A DNA stretch of 63,516 bases, filler included, from Reclinomonas americana ATCC 50394 (lineage: Eukaryota): assembly GCA_048213135.1 (NCBI GenBank). It is 6 parts of 4 records of this genome, joined end to end, with 100 filler letters (N's around TTAATTAATTAA, not from the genome) between each part and the next. Parts side by side here need not be neighbours in the genome. Positions count along the whole stretch, not along the records: positions 29,782 to 58,023 come from PS015528.1; 5 more parts are not named here. The stretch is one strand, 5' to 3'. Position 1 is the first letter of the stretch. Each line of letters starts with the position of its first letter. A program made the position numbers and the translations under genes. Below, one piece after another: positions 33,616 through 47,739 of this stretch. The notes beneath the pieces were generated by a model. It was not told the origin of the DNA, searched no databases, and saw only the letters and a list, made by a program, of their open reading frames with translations.

Positions 33616-33962
33616 GAGACGTAGCGTCGTTCGTTCGTTGTTGTTGTGGTGGTGTGTGTGTGTGTAGTAGTAGTTGTTGTTGTTCGTTTCGTTCGTTTCG
33701 TTTCGTTCCGTTCCTTCGTTCGTCGTTCGNNNNNNNNNNNNNNNNNNNNNNNNNNNNNNNNNNNNNNNNNNNNNNNNNNNNNNNNNNNNNNNNNNNNNNN
33801 NNNNNNNNNNNNNNNNNNNNNNNNNNNNNNNNNNNNNNNNNNNNNNNNNNNNNNNNNNNNNNNNNNNNNNNNNNNNNNNNNNNNNNNNNNNNNNNNNNNN
33901 NNNNNNNNNNNNNNNNNNNNNNNNNNNGTAGTAGAGTAGTAGACGTAGTAGTAGAGAGTAGA

Positions 33963-34007
<45 letters not shown>

Positions 34008-37000
34008 CATGCGCTTTGTCTTTGTGTGTGGAGGCATGTGTTTGTGAGGAATTGATTGTTTGTGTTTCCGCGTTTTGTGTTTTCCCCTCCTGCTCCTTTG
34101 TGGTCATGTATGTGTCTGTATGTGCGTGTGACGCGTGTTTGTGTGGAGTGTGTCGTCGCGACTCTTTGTGTGTGCGATTATTCCTTGATTGCCCGTCGGG
34201 ATTAGAGTGTATATCGGGAGCTTGTTAGACGGAAGTGTGTGTGATGTGTGTGTGTGCTTGTGTGTGAGAGAGCGAGAGGGGTGCGTGAGAGGTGCGCAGT
34301 GTGTCGTCGGTTGGGAGGAATTATAAGGAATTGAGTGTTTACATCACCACCCGCTTTGGTGTGACAGGCTGTACAACTACAATGTCGACGAGAATGATCA
34401 CCACACGGCGCCTGTGTTCTACAAGTGTTGCGTGTTTGTGCTTCTCTTCCTTCTTTGCCCCCCTCTTTGTGTCTTATTCGCTCGTCTCTCCGCAGATCAC
34501 ATGTTCAATCTGACCAATGTCGACGACATGCTGCATCACGGGGCGGAGCCGCATTTTGAGGAGAAGGGCCCGTATGTGTTTGAGTTGCGTCGATAGTGCA
34601 TGCTGCTGTGGATTTATTGGGGGGTGTGCACTCACCGCCGGGCAATGGCAGATGGAAGCGCGAACGCATTGTGGTGTCGGCGACCAAGACGTGGATCAAG
34701 TATTTCACGTATCAGCGCTTCATGTTTCGCGAGGATCTCTCCGTCGGCTCCGAGTACGACATGTTTGTCAACGCCAACCAGAGTTGCGTGTCTCCGATTC
34801 AAAGCATTTTTCTCGTGTCGCACGCTGACGTATTTGTCGTGCGCGTGTCAGTTCACGCCGGATGTCTGTGGCGAGCGTACGGAGAGGAATTCATCTGTCT
34901 CATTGGCTCGGTGGGGCCTGTCACCCGCCTCATTCTGCAGCTGTACCAGTCGGAGACCTTCCGCAAGCCGCTGCGAACCAACGTGCGCTGGATCTTCCTG
35001 CAGCAGAAATGGGATGCCGCCGCGCAGTACTATCACGCCGACGGCGATCAGGAGATGACGTTGCGTGTGCCAATCAATCCTCACACTGTCCCCTCCTAGT
35101 CGCTGACGATATCTGTAGTGACCGGCTGCTGTCGATTTTTGCCACCGTGCCCTTCCGCAACCTGAGCGAATGCGACCTGTTCCTACCGCCGGCCTCCACC
35201 TGCGCGTCATACTTTGATGGACTGGCCACGGGTGCAAATCTGTCGCTCAACGTGGCCACCGGCATGGTCAACCCTGCAGTGCCGGCGTCTCCTTTCAGTG
35301 AGACTGGCGCAGCGACGTGGACCAAGGCCTGCTACGACAATGATCCCGCCTCGCAGAGTGCGTACACGGATGGCGACAAGCGTGCGCACCTCGTGCTCAA
35401 CATGCCTCTCCTTTTGCAGCGGTCATCTACGACGCCTTCAACTTGTCGGGTACGCAGATGCAAGACATGTGCAACTGGTTGCGCTCCGTGGACTTTGGCG
35501 CCACATTTGAATCGTGGATGGTCGGCTACTTCCGCGTCAAAGTCGGCGACAATGGTATTCAGACCATGGACGACTTGGCGTATGCGCAGTGGGGTCATGG
35601 CACCGTGTTCCCTGGATTCGAGTTGCGTACCACGCAACCCCTCCTCGGTGCTAAAGGGGGTGCCGGACCACTAACTGTGCGCTCAATGTCGCAGAAATGT
35701 CGTCTTGCATCTCGACCAGCAGTACCCCGGCATTGTGTTGTCGTTTGCCGATTGCGCGGCCGCGAAGTTGGGCACGCTCAAGATCTCCGTGGCCGACAGC
35801 AAGCAGCTCCTGTCGCCCACCGGTATCTGGGATGTCGTCAGTTGCGCTGTTCCCCTTTTGTGTGGGACGAGTGGTGGCAGAGACTCATGACGCGTTGCAG
35901 AGTTTGAAAAGTTCGCCAAGAGCGCCACAACTGCGTGGGACCCCGCATGGCCGCGCCTGAACGAACTGGATCGTGCCGCCATTCTGGACTACTGCTCACA
36001 GGCATACCATGCGGTGGTGTGGTTCATGGACGGCGATCGCAACACCAACATGTTTGTCACGCGCTCGGTGAGTGCGCCGCAGAGTGCGTCTCGAGCCGAG
36101 TGAATAGTGCGTGACATGTGTGTGTGCGCACAGGTCCACGAGTGGCTGTACGATTGCATCGATCGCATCACCCTGCAGCCGTGCAGTCTCATGCTCAATC
36201 ACACATCGGTGGCCGAGGCGCGTGCAACGCAGGGCGACTCCATCATGGGCACCGGTGTCGGCGACTACAAGAACACATGGCAGTACATGATGTGGAACGG
36301 AAGCGATCACGTCCCCGAGGCATTCTATCCCACTGTGCAGGTAATCGATCGTTCCCTGCCTTCCCTGCGTGCGGGATAGCTGACGCGCTTCCGTCGCAGT
36401 ACTACAATGGCACGGACGGTTTGCAGAATCAACCATTCCTGGTTGATATCGACGGCAACGAGGATCCCGATGCGCAGCGTCTGTGGGGCTTTGTGTACGA
36501 CATTATGCGTGTGGGCTCGATTGTCAAGACTGGCGAGTCGGAGATCGAGGGCATTCACGTGTTCGACTATGGACTCGATCCCGCGCTGCTCCAACTCGAC
36601 CCTGGCTTCAACCAATTCGTGCCTGGTGTCGGCAATCTCTCCGGCATGTACGCATGTTGCGTCCCGTCACTGAGGGCTGGCTGTTGAGGAGAAGAGAGAG
36701 AGAGAGAGAGAGCAGAGGTTTGCTGACGATGCGATGCCTCTGCAGCGTCGGTCGTGTTATCCAAGCCGCATTGGTTAGACTCCGACCCCATCACGCGCGC
36801 CGGTGTCACGGGCATTGCGGAACCGGATAAGGTGCTCGACGAGAGTGTAATCAAGGTCGAGCCCATCACCGGCAAGAGTTGCGTCGTGAGGGAGGAGAAG
36901 GGGTGAAAATAGGGGCTGATTCGTCGACGCACAGCGTTCTTTGCCGACAAGAAGCTGCAGACGTCGGTGCAGATCCCGCCGTACTACACCTTTAGCGACG

Positions 37001-37410
37001 TGGACTTCCCGGCGCGCGGCAAGAACATTCCACATGTGTACTATCCCATCTTCTGGGTCTCGCAGTCGGGCGGCGCCGACGAGTTCTTGATTAACAAGTG
37101 GAACAACTCCCTCGGACTGGCCATGAAGATGCGCCAGGTGAGCCGCGCACGCATGAAGCGCTAGCAAGCAGTTTGTCTAATTTCTTGGCAGATCGTACCT
37201 TGGTGCATGGTCGGCCTCGGCGGCGCCCTCATGCTCCTCGCCATATGGCCATTCGTGGTGGCGTATCGACGACGGCAGCTGGAGAAGTCCGGCTACACGC
37301 CACTGCGCTTGGAAATCGACTCACCACGGCCTGCCTCGGCAGCAGCCGGCCACGGCGATTACTACCACACCTCTCTCAACGGAGGCGGCGGAGACTCATC
37401 TCGGCCCTAA
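33340..37410 (+). CDS. CD36/SCARB (LIMP-2-like) scavenger receptor family protein
   Basis: N-terminal TM; MFNLTN...PHFEEKGPYVF; NGTDG; VEPITG; YYPIFW; C-terminal TM and cytoplasmic GYTPL. Confidence 0.85.
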
Positions 37411-37605
37411 TGCGTTTCTCTCTGCATATATATGTATCTACTTGTTTGTTGTTGTTGTTGTTGTGGGTGCTCGTCGAGCGGAAAAAGGTAAAAGGCGTTT
37501 TCATGTATACGGTGTCCGATTTGCATTGTCATCAACGAGTCGTCGAAGCGAGCGCCACACAACGCAGCAACACAGCAGCAAACAGCTTGCGCAAACGAGG
37601 CACTC

Positions 37606-38389
37606 ATGGGCTGTAGTGGCAGGTGACTCACTGCACACACACACAGAAAACAGACACACACACACACATAACGGCGCTCATCATCAATCCACTCACAGCT
37701 CGGCCACATCGCCCTCCGAGGCCAGCACTCCCACACCCTCCTCCACAACATCACAGCAACAACGGCCCACACGACAACGCCTCAACCCGCACGCTCGCGT
37801 TGACTCATATCGCGTGGGAGGCGGAGGCGCGGGCGGAGGCGACTCTGAGATCGTCTCTGACTACAGCACCTCGTCGAACAGCACTGCGACATTAACACGC
37901 GCAGGCTCAACCTTGGTGGGTGGTGCAGGGGGAGGACGGAGTGGCGAAAAGGGCAGTGTGCGACGCATTGGATTCTCCACGTATCATTCACTGGCGACGA
38001 ACGGGCAGGCGGAGGGCGGTGGAGTGGCTGCGTTCTGTGTGGGCGAGCTGGACTTGGAGGCCATGGTGCCCACAGCGCAAGAGGGCGATGTGGGCATGGA
38101 TGGTCAGCAGCAGCAGCAGAACAGGCATGGTGTGGTGTTGCCGCCCATGGGATTCTCGCCGTCGGCGAGTGCGAGTCACTTGCGGTCGCGATCGGTGCTG
38201 GCGCTGCGTGTGTCTGTCGGAGGAGGAGGCCACTCTGTTAAGGCCGACCAGGCAGGCGCGGGAGCAGCGGCGGGCATTGTTAATCGATCGCCGCCCAATG
38301 ACAATGCGCGGCGAACGGCGCATGTGTTGGGCCTGGCCACGGTCGACAGCGACGATGACGATGACTTTGACGCGTTTGGGATGACATGA
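37606..38389 (+). CDS. Low-complexity hypothetical protein with N-terminal MGC acylation motif
   Basis: atg ggc tgt agt ggc ag|gtgact...cacag|c tcg splices in frame into the ORF ending at 38389. Confidence 0.5.
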
Positions 38390-38446
38390 TAATAACAACA
38401 ACAACAGCGTCTGTGAATGAGCGTTTACTTTTCTTTTTCTTGACCA

Positions 38447-39743
38447 TCAGCGTGGATGACGATGACGGAGCCAGCCGCCGCGGCCGTCAATGACGGGCTC
38501 GTTGGCGCGCATCTTGTCCTCCTCCACCTCCTCCTCGTTAAAGATCTCGTCGTCGTCATCGACATCGTGGTCGTCGCCGAGCGAGGAGCCCTCCATCTCG
38601 TCGCGACTGACGTCCGAGTCGGTGTCGGCATGCCCATTCACCGGCGACCCGCCACCATTGCGCAGCGCTCTTCTCTGCGGCTTGCTGGGTGGCGACGCGG
38701 GAGGCTTGTCACTGCCACCGCCACCACGCCCGAGGCGCCACAACCACAGCAGCAGGCGCACGGGCAGCAGCAGCACCGAGACCACCGTCCGCACAACCAT
38801 CCACGCCAGCTCCAGCGGGAAGAACACGGGCCAGTACAGTAGCGAGTGCACGATGCGGAAGGGCAGCGAGAGCACGTAGAGCAGCAGGCGTCCACGTGTC
38901 GCGTACATGACCAGCGCAAAGCACAGCAGACCGACGACCAAGTACACGGGATCACATCGATTGACAATGCCGACGACCACCGATGCCAGCGAGCGCGCAA
39001 TGAGCTGCACAAAGTGCCACAGTCGTTCCGGTGATGACACCAGTGTCCACAGCAGAGAGCCCACTTGCTCGGCCGTGAACACCAGTGCCTGCCACAGCAA
39101 GGGCGCCAACTTCTCCCACTAAATGATTGGATGAGGGTTGAAGGTCAGTGTCAGTGTAGGAGACAGCAAGAGAGGGAGGGAGATGGTGTGAGAACGCAAC
39201 TCCAAGGGAGAGGGGAATGGAGATCAGAGACCACAGTGTTTGCAGCACTTGCCATATGGCACTGGCCAGTGCTGCGCCATCAAAGTCTCCTCCTCCTCCT
39301 CCNNNNNNNNNNNNNNNNNNNNNNNNNNNNNNNNNNNNNNNNNNNNNNNNNNNNNNNNNNNNNNNNNNNNNNNNNNNNNNNNNNNNNNNNNNNNNNNNNN
39401 NNNNNNNNNNNNNNNNNNNNNNNNNNNNNNNNNNNNNNNNNNNNNNNNNNNNNNNNNNNNNNNNNNNNNNNNNNNNNNNNNNNNNNNNNNNNNNNNNNNN
39501 NNNNNNNNNNNNNNNNNNNNNNNNNNNNNNNNNNNNNNNNNNNNNNNNNNNNNNNNNNNNNNNNNNNNNNNNNNNNNNNNNNNNNNNNNNNNNNNNNNNN
39601 NNNNNNNNNNNNNNNNNNNNNNNNNNNNNNNNNNNNNNNNNNNNNNNNNNNNNNNNNNNNNNNNNNNNNNNNNNACCACCACCACCACCACCAGGAGCAC
39701 CACCATCGACAGGTGCAGGAAAGGAGGCGCTGGGTGCGCTCAT
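38447..39743 (-). CDS. Hypothetical membrane protein with acidic C-terminal tail
   Basis: MSAPSASFPAP..poly-G start; hydrophobic segments (VYLVVGLLCFALVMY, VVSVLLLPVRLLLWLW); D/E-rich tail. Confidence 0.55.
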
Positions 39744-40086
39744 CACTCTCTCCACGTTGTTGTCTGTCAGAGACGCGTGCCAAGTTGTGTTGGGACAGAC
39801 AACTTCTTCGAAATGCACCACCACCGCACGTCGCCGGTTTTGGGCTCTCATTATCGAGAAGCTGCAAGAGCCACGAGTTCTTCGTTTACAGAAGCGCCGA
39901 AATATGGCTTTCGAATTCAAACAACGCCTGATACTCGAGATCGCCTGTTCTCATCGATATCGTTTCCGGCAGTCATCAGCGCGTCGCACACTTGTGAGAC
40001 GATGATCGGGCGCATGGTGGAGTCGTCGGCGACCTCGATCAGTGTCACCAGGCCCTCGACAGCCCTGCTGAACACGAACTTGGTAC

Positions 40087-41907
40087 GGATCGGCCTGGAT
40101 TGGCGACTCGAGAAGGCACTCCTCCGGCTTGCTCATCGGCTGATAATCTGTGTGGGACAGACAAGTGCTCGTTCTCCAAGACGAATGCTCCCGCTGCAAC
40201 AGTTTAGCTGGCTTGTACACTCACTCGCCTCCCCGCTCATCTGTCAATCATCGCCAGCTGATATCGCACTCGCTCCAGCACCACGCGGAGGCTCGCCTCG
40301 ACGTTGTGCTTCGCCTTGACCGAGACGCCGAGATCGGCGATGAGACCGTCGGGTTGCAGCACAAATTCTGCGCATGTGTAAGTGTCCATGCGCAACCACG
40401 GGCGATTATACCCACCAACGCACTCGCCTGCAAACGTCCACGCCGCACCGTTACGAGTCGGCTCCTCGACGAGCACTTGTTGAAGGTCGACTAGCACTTG
40501 CCGATGCTGGTTCAGGTGACCATTGTCGGCGAGGACAAAGAGCGCCATGGCAGCGTTCCGGACCACTATCACGCATTCGTCCCTCCGGTCAAGCAAGACA
40601 TCGTGAAGCACTCGGATTCCACCCTGCTGCACGATCCGCAGACGAGTGTCCACTTGATCGGGAATCACTGCCGATGGCGGAGGTCAGCAGCACAAATGAG
40701 AGGTGATGCATTACTGTGTGATCGCAACTCATGTACCACAAGACCGCGGGGGCCATGGAGGTGGAGGTGCAGCGCGCGTCGCGATCCTCGAGAATGCGCA
40801 AACAATTCTGCATAAGTAATCGCCTGCAAGTCAGCAAGCTCCTTCCTCCATCCATGGAGGAGCACGATTGCTCACCTCCACAACCCCAGCATCGAGCATG
40901 GCCTGCCGCAGCGTGGAAAACACAGCCATGTCGGGACGCAACTCCACCATGTTGGCGACGATGAATTCTGCCGCCCCAAACACGTCGCTGTAGACCTTGT
41001 CGAGCGAGTAGAACGACACAAGACGCGCCACACGCCCACTCTCCGCGATACGCTCCAAGCCCTCCTCGCACAGCTCTGCCACAGAGCGATGGCGTTAGGG
41101 CAGAGCACGAGATGATGCGACCAACTACAACCAAAGCAGAGACACACCGATATCCCCGAGAGTCATGAGTACGTTCGACAGCACTTCTGCATGTGGCGTC
41201 GGCCACCCGATATCATCCAGCGTCAACAACAACTCGTCAACAACACCCTCGGCAAGCACATATGCCGCCGACACGTCAAACACCTCGCGACTGAAACCAC
41301 TCTCGTCGTGCATGTCTCTCTCGAGCACTGGTCTAAACACCGACAGCAGCAGCGCAACGAGGATCGGGAACAGCGAGGCGGCACGAGCGCAGCGGAAATC
41401 CTGCACCGCTCGACGCAACGCGCCCACGTCGGACAACACCTTCTTGCCCTCACGCCAGTCGTCTGGCGGCTGACGAGTGAGAAGCAAACTGGGCACACAG
41501 AGAACCAGCACAGCGTCTGCTGACCGTACACATTGCACAACACGAGCATCTCCATGCGCGGATGCTTGCTCATCTCCTCCCGATCAACAAGTGAGCGCGT
41601 GTACGGAGGCAACACATCCCACGCGCGACACACTGTGCGCATCAGCTCCTCGCCGAGAACATCGATGACTCGTCGCTCTCCATCAACGACATTCAGCACT
41701 GCTTCCAAGTGTGAGTGTGGAGTGCACACACTTGTTGCATGTGCTCATGATCAGCAAAAGACCTTCTTCGACGAGAGCCTTGATTGCAGCGACAATGTCG
41801 TCGACGGATGCATTGGCGTCGAGCTTGTCACGGAGATGTGCGTGTGCTTCTTGCAGGGCGACGGGTTGCTCCATCGCTGCAATCGTTGGGAAAAAAGCGG
41901 AAAAGAT
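40087..41907 (-). pseudogene. Tandem duplicate copy A of an ARM/HEAT-like helical protein gene (start 41874), apparently frameshifted near 40085
   Basis: Aligns with 41973-43802; MEQPVALQEAH start; IVQQGGIRVLHDVLL...VVRNAAMALFVLA ARM-like segment. Confidence 0.6.
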
Positions 41908-41972
41908 ACGTATTGCAGCTGTCTTACAGCGATCACACTTTGCAGATCGTGGGTTCATGGCTCCGGCGGAAG

Positions 41973-43802
41973 GGATCGGCCTGGATGAGCGACTCGAGAA
42001 GGCGAAGGCACTCCTCCGGCTTGCTCATCGGCTGATAATCTGTGTGGGACAGACAAGTGTTCGTTCTCCAAGACGAATGCTCCCGCTGCAACAGTACAGC
42101 TGGCCTGTACACTCACTCGCCTCCGTGCTCATCTGTCTATCACCGCCAACTGATATCGCACTCGCTCCAGCACCACGAGGAGGCTCGCTTCGACGCTGTG
42201 CTTCGCCTTGACCGACACGCCGAGATCGGCGATGAGACCGTCGGGTTGCAGTACGCATTCTACGCATGCGGTACGGTATGTGTCAGTGCGCAACCTTGGG
42301 CAATACCCACCAATGCACTCGCCTTCAAACGTCCACGCCGCTCGGTTACGAGTCGGCTCTTCGACGAGCACTTGCTGAAGGTCGACCAGCACATGCCGAT
42401 GCTGGTTCAGGTGACCATTGTCGGCGAGGACAAAGAGCGCCATGGCAGCGTTCCGGACCACTATCACGCATTCGTCTCTCCGGTCAAGCAAGACATCGTG
42501 AAGCACTCGGATTCCACCCTGCTGCACGATCCGCAGACGAGCGTCCACTTGATCGGGAATCACTGTCGACGGTTAAAGTCAGCTGCACGCACGACGCGAA
42601 GTGAGAGCATACGTAGTGAGATCGCAACTCATGTACCACAAGATCGCGGGGGCCATGCAGGTGGCGGCACAGCGTGCGTCGCGATTCTCGAGAATGCGCA
42701 AACAATTCTGCAACAGTAATCGCCAGTCAGCAAGCTCCTCTCCTAGTATCCATGGAGGAACACAATTCCTCACCTCCACAACTCCAGCATCGAGCATGGC
42801 CTGCCGCAGCGTCGAGAACACAGCCATGTCGGGACGCAAATCCACCATGTTGCAGACGATGAATTCTGCCGCCTGGAACACGCCACTGTCGACATTGTCG
42901 AGCGAGTAGAACGACACAAGACGCGCCACACGCCCACTCTCCGCAATGCGCTCCAAGCCCTCTTCGCACAGCTCTGCCGCGCACAACGATGGTGTCAGGG
43001 CAGGGCACGAGATGTCACCAACTACAACCAAAGCAGACGCACCAAAATTCCCGAGAGTCGTGAGTACGTTCGACAGCACTTCTGCATGTGGCGTCGGCCA
43101 CCCGATGCCATCCAGCGTCAACAACAGCTCGTCAATCACACCCTCGGCAAGCACATATGCCGCCGACACGTCAAGCACCTCAAGACTGAAACCACTTTCG
43201 TCGTCCATGTCTTTCTCGAGCATTGGTCTGAGCACCAACATCAGCAGTGCAACGAGGATCGGGAACAGCGAGGCGGCGCGAGCGCAGCGGAAATCCTGCA
43301 CCGCTCGACGCAACGCCCCCACGTCGGACAACACCTTCTTTCCTTCACGCCAACAGCCTGGCGACTGACGAGTGAGAAGCAGATCGGGGAACATACGCAG
43401 AGAACCAGCACAGTGCCTGCTGACCGTACACAGAACACAACAGGAGCATCGATATGCGCGGATGCCTGCTCATCTCCTCTAGATCAACAGGACTGCGCGT
43501 GTACGCTGGCAACACATCCCACGCGCGACACGCTGTGCGCATCAACTCCTCGCCGAGAACATCGATGACCCGTCGCTCTCCATCAACGACAGTCAGAACT
43601 GCTTCCAAACTGTGAGTGCTGCACACCTGGTACATGTGCAGATGATCAGCAAAAGACCTTCTTCGACGAGAGCCTTGATTGCAGCGACAATGTCGTCGAC
43701 GGGTGCATCAGCGTCGAGCTTGTCGCGCAGATGTGTGTGTGCTTCTTGCAGGGCGACGGGTTGCTCCATCGCTGCAATCGTTGAAATAAAAGCGGAAAAG
43801 AT
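41973..43802 (-). pseudogene. Tandem duplicate copy B (start 43769), 3' truncated at the repeat junction
   Basis: Same exons as copy A; reads ...LESLIQADPF then RRSHEPTICKV* in spacer sequence. Confidence 0.6.
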
Positions 43803-44493
43803 CGATGCAGCGAGTTGTCCTGCAGCGACCACAGTTTGCATATCGTGGCTTTCTGCATCTCAGAGTACGGCTCTTGTGTGGCGGTTGGATAAGCTGATCT
43901 GCGCCTTGTCCTACAAAGTGTGTGGTATTCCACATGCGCTGAGCATCGCCTGGCGCCTTGCAACTGGTCGACGTCGGAATTCGAACAAACGTTGATCGTG
44001 AGGCACTTCGACGCACTCCAACCTGCATCATGGCGGCTCCAGCTCCGCGCACATAATGCCTACACATACCTCGCTGTCCGCGCGCCACCACCAGAACCAT
44101 GCGCAGAAAGAAAGCGAACAGACGTCGCCGGTCCTGTATCTCGCCGCGACGTTGCTTGATCGTTGCTGTGCTCTTCTCTCTCAACGCACACCACGTACGC
44201 AACACACATTCATACACAGACACTGACGGTGAGTTGCACGTGTGGACGCTTGCTCATCACGCGAGTACCACCACAACAAGCGAGTTGTCCACCGACGCAC
44301 GCGTTCAGACGTTACTCTCTCCCACCACTCGCACTCTCACACACACACATACACAGCACACATCGCGTGCCACTCTTAACAGCAAAGTGAGAGAGAGCAG
44401 CAACACGGTACAAGAACACTGTGAGAGAGAACAAGAGAGTGCTTGCGTGGACATTGCGCGTTTCCTCACACTCCCCCTAACAGAGCACTCTCG

Positions 44494-47130
44494 ATGACGG
44501 CGACGGGCGAAGAGAACGAGTGGTTGTACGACACATGCATCGAGTTTATCAGTTGTGTGGTGATTGTTGTGTATGATGATCACTCATCTCAACGATCATC
44601 TAATGCATGAGTGTGTTGATCATAACACAGACTCGCCGATGTGGACGATTCCAGTGCAGGGATTCATGGATGAGCACTGCCTGGTGTTTGATGGCGAGGA
44701 TGAGAGCAAGTTTGTGCACACTGAGATCCACCAGGTGTGGCCGTGGCCTCTCTCCTCGTTGTTGATCGATCTGCTCCTCTCTCACTCCTCTCTTGCCACA
44801 GCAATTCAAAAAGGTGGTCGAGGATCTGCTGGAGGCGCACTTGGAGAACTTGGGTGTGCAGCCGGAGGAGTTTGTCGAGGCGTGCTTGTCGGGGAGGAAC
44901 ATGGAGCTGTCGCGATTGGTGACCGAGTACATTCTGGCCCTCGATGATTTCGTCAGTTGTGTCCGCTTGTGTCGTCTGCTGCTGCTGTTGCTGGCGAGTG
45001 GCTGAGAAGACTGTGTGTGTTTGTGTGTTCACTCTACTGCAGCGTTCAAGAAGATCATGGAGGTGAGGTGGAGAGAGTAGGCATGAGCTGTGTTGTCATT
45101 GTTGCTCATCGTGAGGCGCACAGAAACGCAACGTGGAGCTCGAACTGGAGGCGCTCAAGTTGCATCGGCAGACTCTGCTCATCGAGTATTGACTGTAGTG
45201 TGTCGCTCACGCCCTCGTCTCCATCAGGATCCTCAAATCAAAGGCACAGCGAGCGCAGCAGCGACCACACGAAGACGTGCATACTCCCGTGGCGATGGGC
45301 AGCAGCGTGCGATCACCGGTGAGACGGGCCTCTCTCTATTCTCTTTCTGTTCGCCTCTCTCACCCGCCCATCCCGGTGTTGCCAGACGGCTGACCTCGAG
45401 GAGGCCCTGCGTGTGTCGCGAGAGCTGGCGGAGCAGGAGGAGGCCAAGCGGCGAGAGGAGGAGGAACTGTTGAAGGTACGCAACAGCGCTTCGACCGCTG
45501 GCGGATCGTGGCGCAGACACCCATTCCTGAATTGTGTACAGATGGCGCTGAATGTGTCCGAGGAGGAGCGTGCGATTGAGGAGAAGCAGCTGGAGTTGGA
45601 GAAGCTGGAGCTGGAAAAGGCTCTGGCCATTTCCATGGCACTCGAGGTCATTCGGCTCTCGTGCTTTTGACTCGTTCACCACCACTGCCAACCACTGACC
45701 ATTGTGCGTACAGGCACAAAAGGCGGTGGCGCAGCATGAGGAAGAGGTCACAGAGTTGCAGCGCAGTGTGTTGGCCGAGCGCATGCGACAAGAGCGTGTG
45801 CTGGAGGAGAAAGTGCGCGCGCTGAAGGCACGCAAGGTCAGCCTCACTGGAAAAGTCCTTCCAGTCACTTTTTTTGTGGGCGTGTACCTCAATGACTGGG
45901 CCCACGCAGATGCAGGGCGGCGATGTGGATCCCGACGATGGCGATGCCGGTGCCGGCTCATCATCGTCATCATCGCGTGTGGTGTTTTCGCAGTCGATTT
46001 CTACGGCCCAGACCGCAGCGGCGAGCTCGGTGGGTGTGTCGTCACCAGCGAGGCGGCAGGAACCGGCCTCGGGCTCGGCCGCATCGCCGCCAGTGGCAGT
46101 GTCGAGTGATCCTGTGAGACCCGTCAAGCCCATTGACTTGCGGGCAGCAGCAGCCGTGGCAACCTCCCCACAAGGCTCCTCCTCCTCCGCCGCCGCCGCC
46201 GCCGCCGCGTCCGGTGCCGCCAGCGGTGCTGGCGCCGACGCCGATGTTAACGCACGGTCAGCGCGCGAGCTCCCCGCAGTGTCGGCACGGCGGGAGGGCC
46301 CATCGTCACTCCCACGCCCCTCACCCAGCGCCTCAGGCAGCGGATCGTCGGCGTCGCCATCTGCCGGATCAAGGTCATCGTTGCGTGGGCCACTGCCTCT
46401 TCATTCTTCGCCGTGTCGCTCTTTCTCCCTTTCGCTCACGCCGCTGTAATGTGCATGCAGACCAACAAACAGCACTGGTATGCCGACTCGCAGTCTGGCC
46501 TCGGCTGCGGCCTCTGGCGAAGACATTTACTCAGAAGACGAGCTGGCGGAGGCGGCTGGCCGTCGTGGTCCAGACGCCGAGCAGATTGCCATGCGTCGCA
46601 AGTACCTGCGCGAGCAACGTGACAAGCTCATGGCTCAGGTGCGCGTGGTGCCACTCGCTCTGTCTTTATTTGAATGGAAGGAGCTGATCGTGTATGTGTA
46701 GCGCCGCTCGGAACGCGAGGCCAAGCTGAAGAAGCTGCACCAGGAGGGCGGAGCGAGTGGCAGTGGCGGTGAGCCGGCCAGCGAGCGACCGTCATCCCGT
46801 GGCAGTGGTGCACCGGCAGCAGCCGAGGTGACGGCAGCCGATGCGGACGACAAGCGACGCGCCATGCGTGTTGCGCTTTCGCAGCGTGTGAAGGACGATT
46901 TGTCGGGCAGCTCCAACAGCGCCAGTGGCAGCGGTGCTCCGGCACCTGCTCCGCCTTCCGTTGCTGCTGTCGCCGCTGCACCGCCATCCCCGGTGTCGGC
47001 GTCGGCACAGGAGGAGATGCGACAACGGGTGGAAAACGAACGCAAGCGCCGTACCGAGGTGGAGAGCATGTTTGCCAAGCTCAATCCCGACGAGATAGAA
47101 AAGTCCGAGTTCTCCTTCAAGGAGAAGTGA
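44494..47130 (+). CDS. CFAP36: Cilia- and flagella-associated protein 36 (BART domain, CCDC104); 3' end uncertain
   Basis: EWLYDTCIEFINSPMWTIPVQGFMDEHCLVFDGEDESKFVHTEIHQQFKKVVEDLLE...ILALDDF; later RRKYLREQRDKLMA. Confidence 0.85.
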
Positions 47131-47149
47131 GCTGGGTGGGTTGCCTCAT

Positions 47150-47187
<38 letters not shown>

Positions 47188-47190
47188 TCT

Positions 47191-47236
<46 letters not shown>

Positions 47237-47739
47237 NNNNNNNNNNNNNNNNNNNNNNNNNNNNNNNNNNNNNNNNNNNNNNNNNNNNNNNNNNNNNNNN
47301 NNNNNNNNNNNNNNNNNNNNNNNNNNNNNNNNNNNNNNNNNNNNNNNNNNNNNNNNNNNNNNNNNNNNNNNNNNNNNNNNNNNNNNNNNNNNNNNNNNNN
47401 NNNNNNNNNNNNNNNNNNNNNNNNNNNNNNNNNNNNNNNNNNNNNNNNNNNNNNNNNNNNNNNNNNNNNNNNNNNNNNNNNNNNNNNNNNNNNNNNNNNN
47501 NNNNNNNNNNNNNNNNNNNNNNNNNNNNNNNNNNNNNNNNNNNNNNNNNNNNNNNNNNNNNNNNNNNNNNNNNNNNNNNNNNNNNNNNNNNNNNNNNNNN
47601 NNNNNNNNNNNNNNNNNNNNNNNNNNNNNNNNNNNNNNNNNNNNNNNNNNNNNNNNNNNNNNNNNNNNNNNNNNNNNNNNNNNNNNNNNNNNNNNNNNNN
47701 NNNNNNNNNNNNNNNNNNNNNNNNNNNNNNNNNNNNNNA

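Noticed and set aside
35060..35065. Additional GTTGCG splice donor in the CD36 gene
   Set aside because: Frame requires the downstream GT at 35065 instead, so it was excluded from the donor list
41390..41465. WREGKKVLSD..L...VQDF resembling a dynein stalk segment
   Set aside because: Too short, and surrounding sequence shows no dynein features
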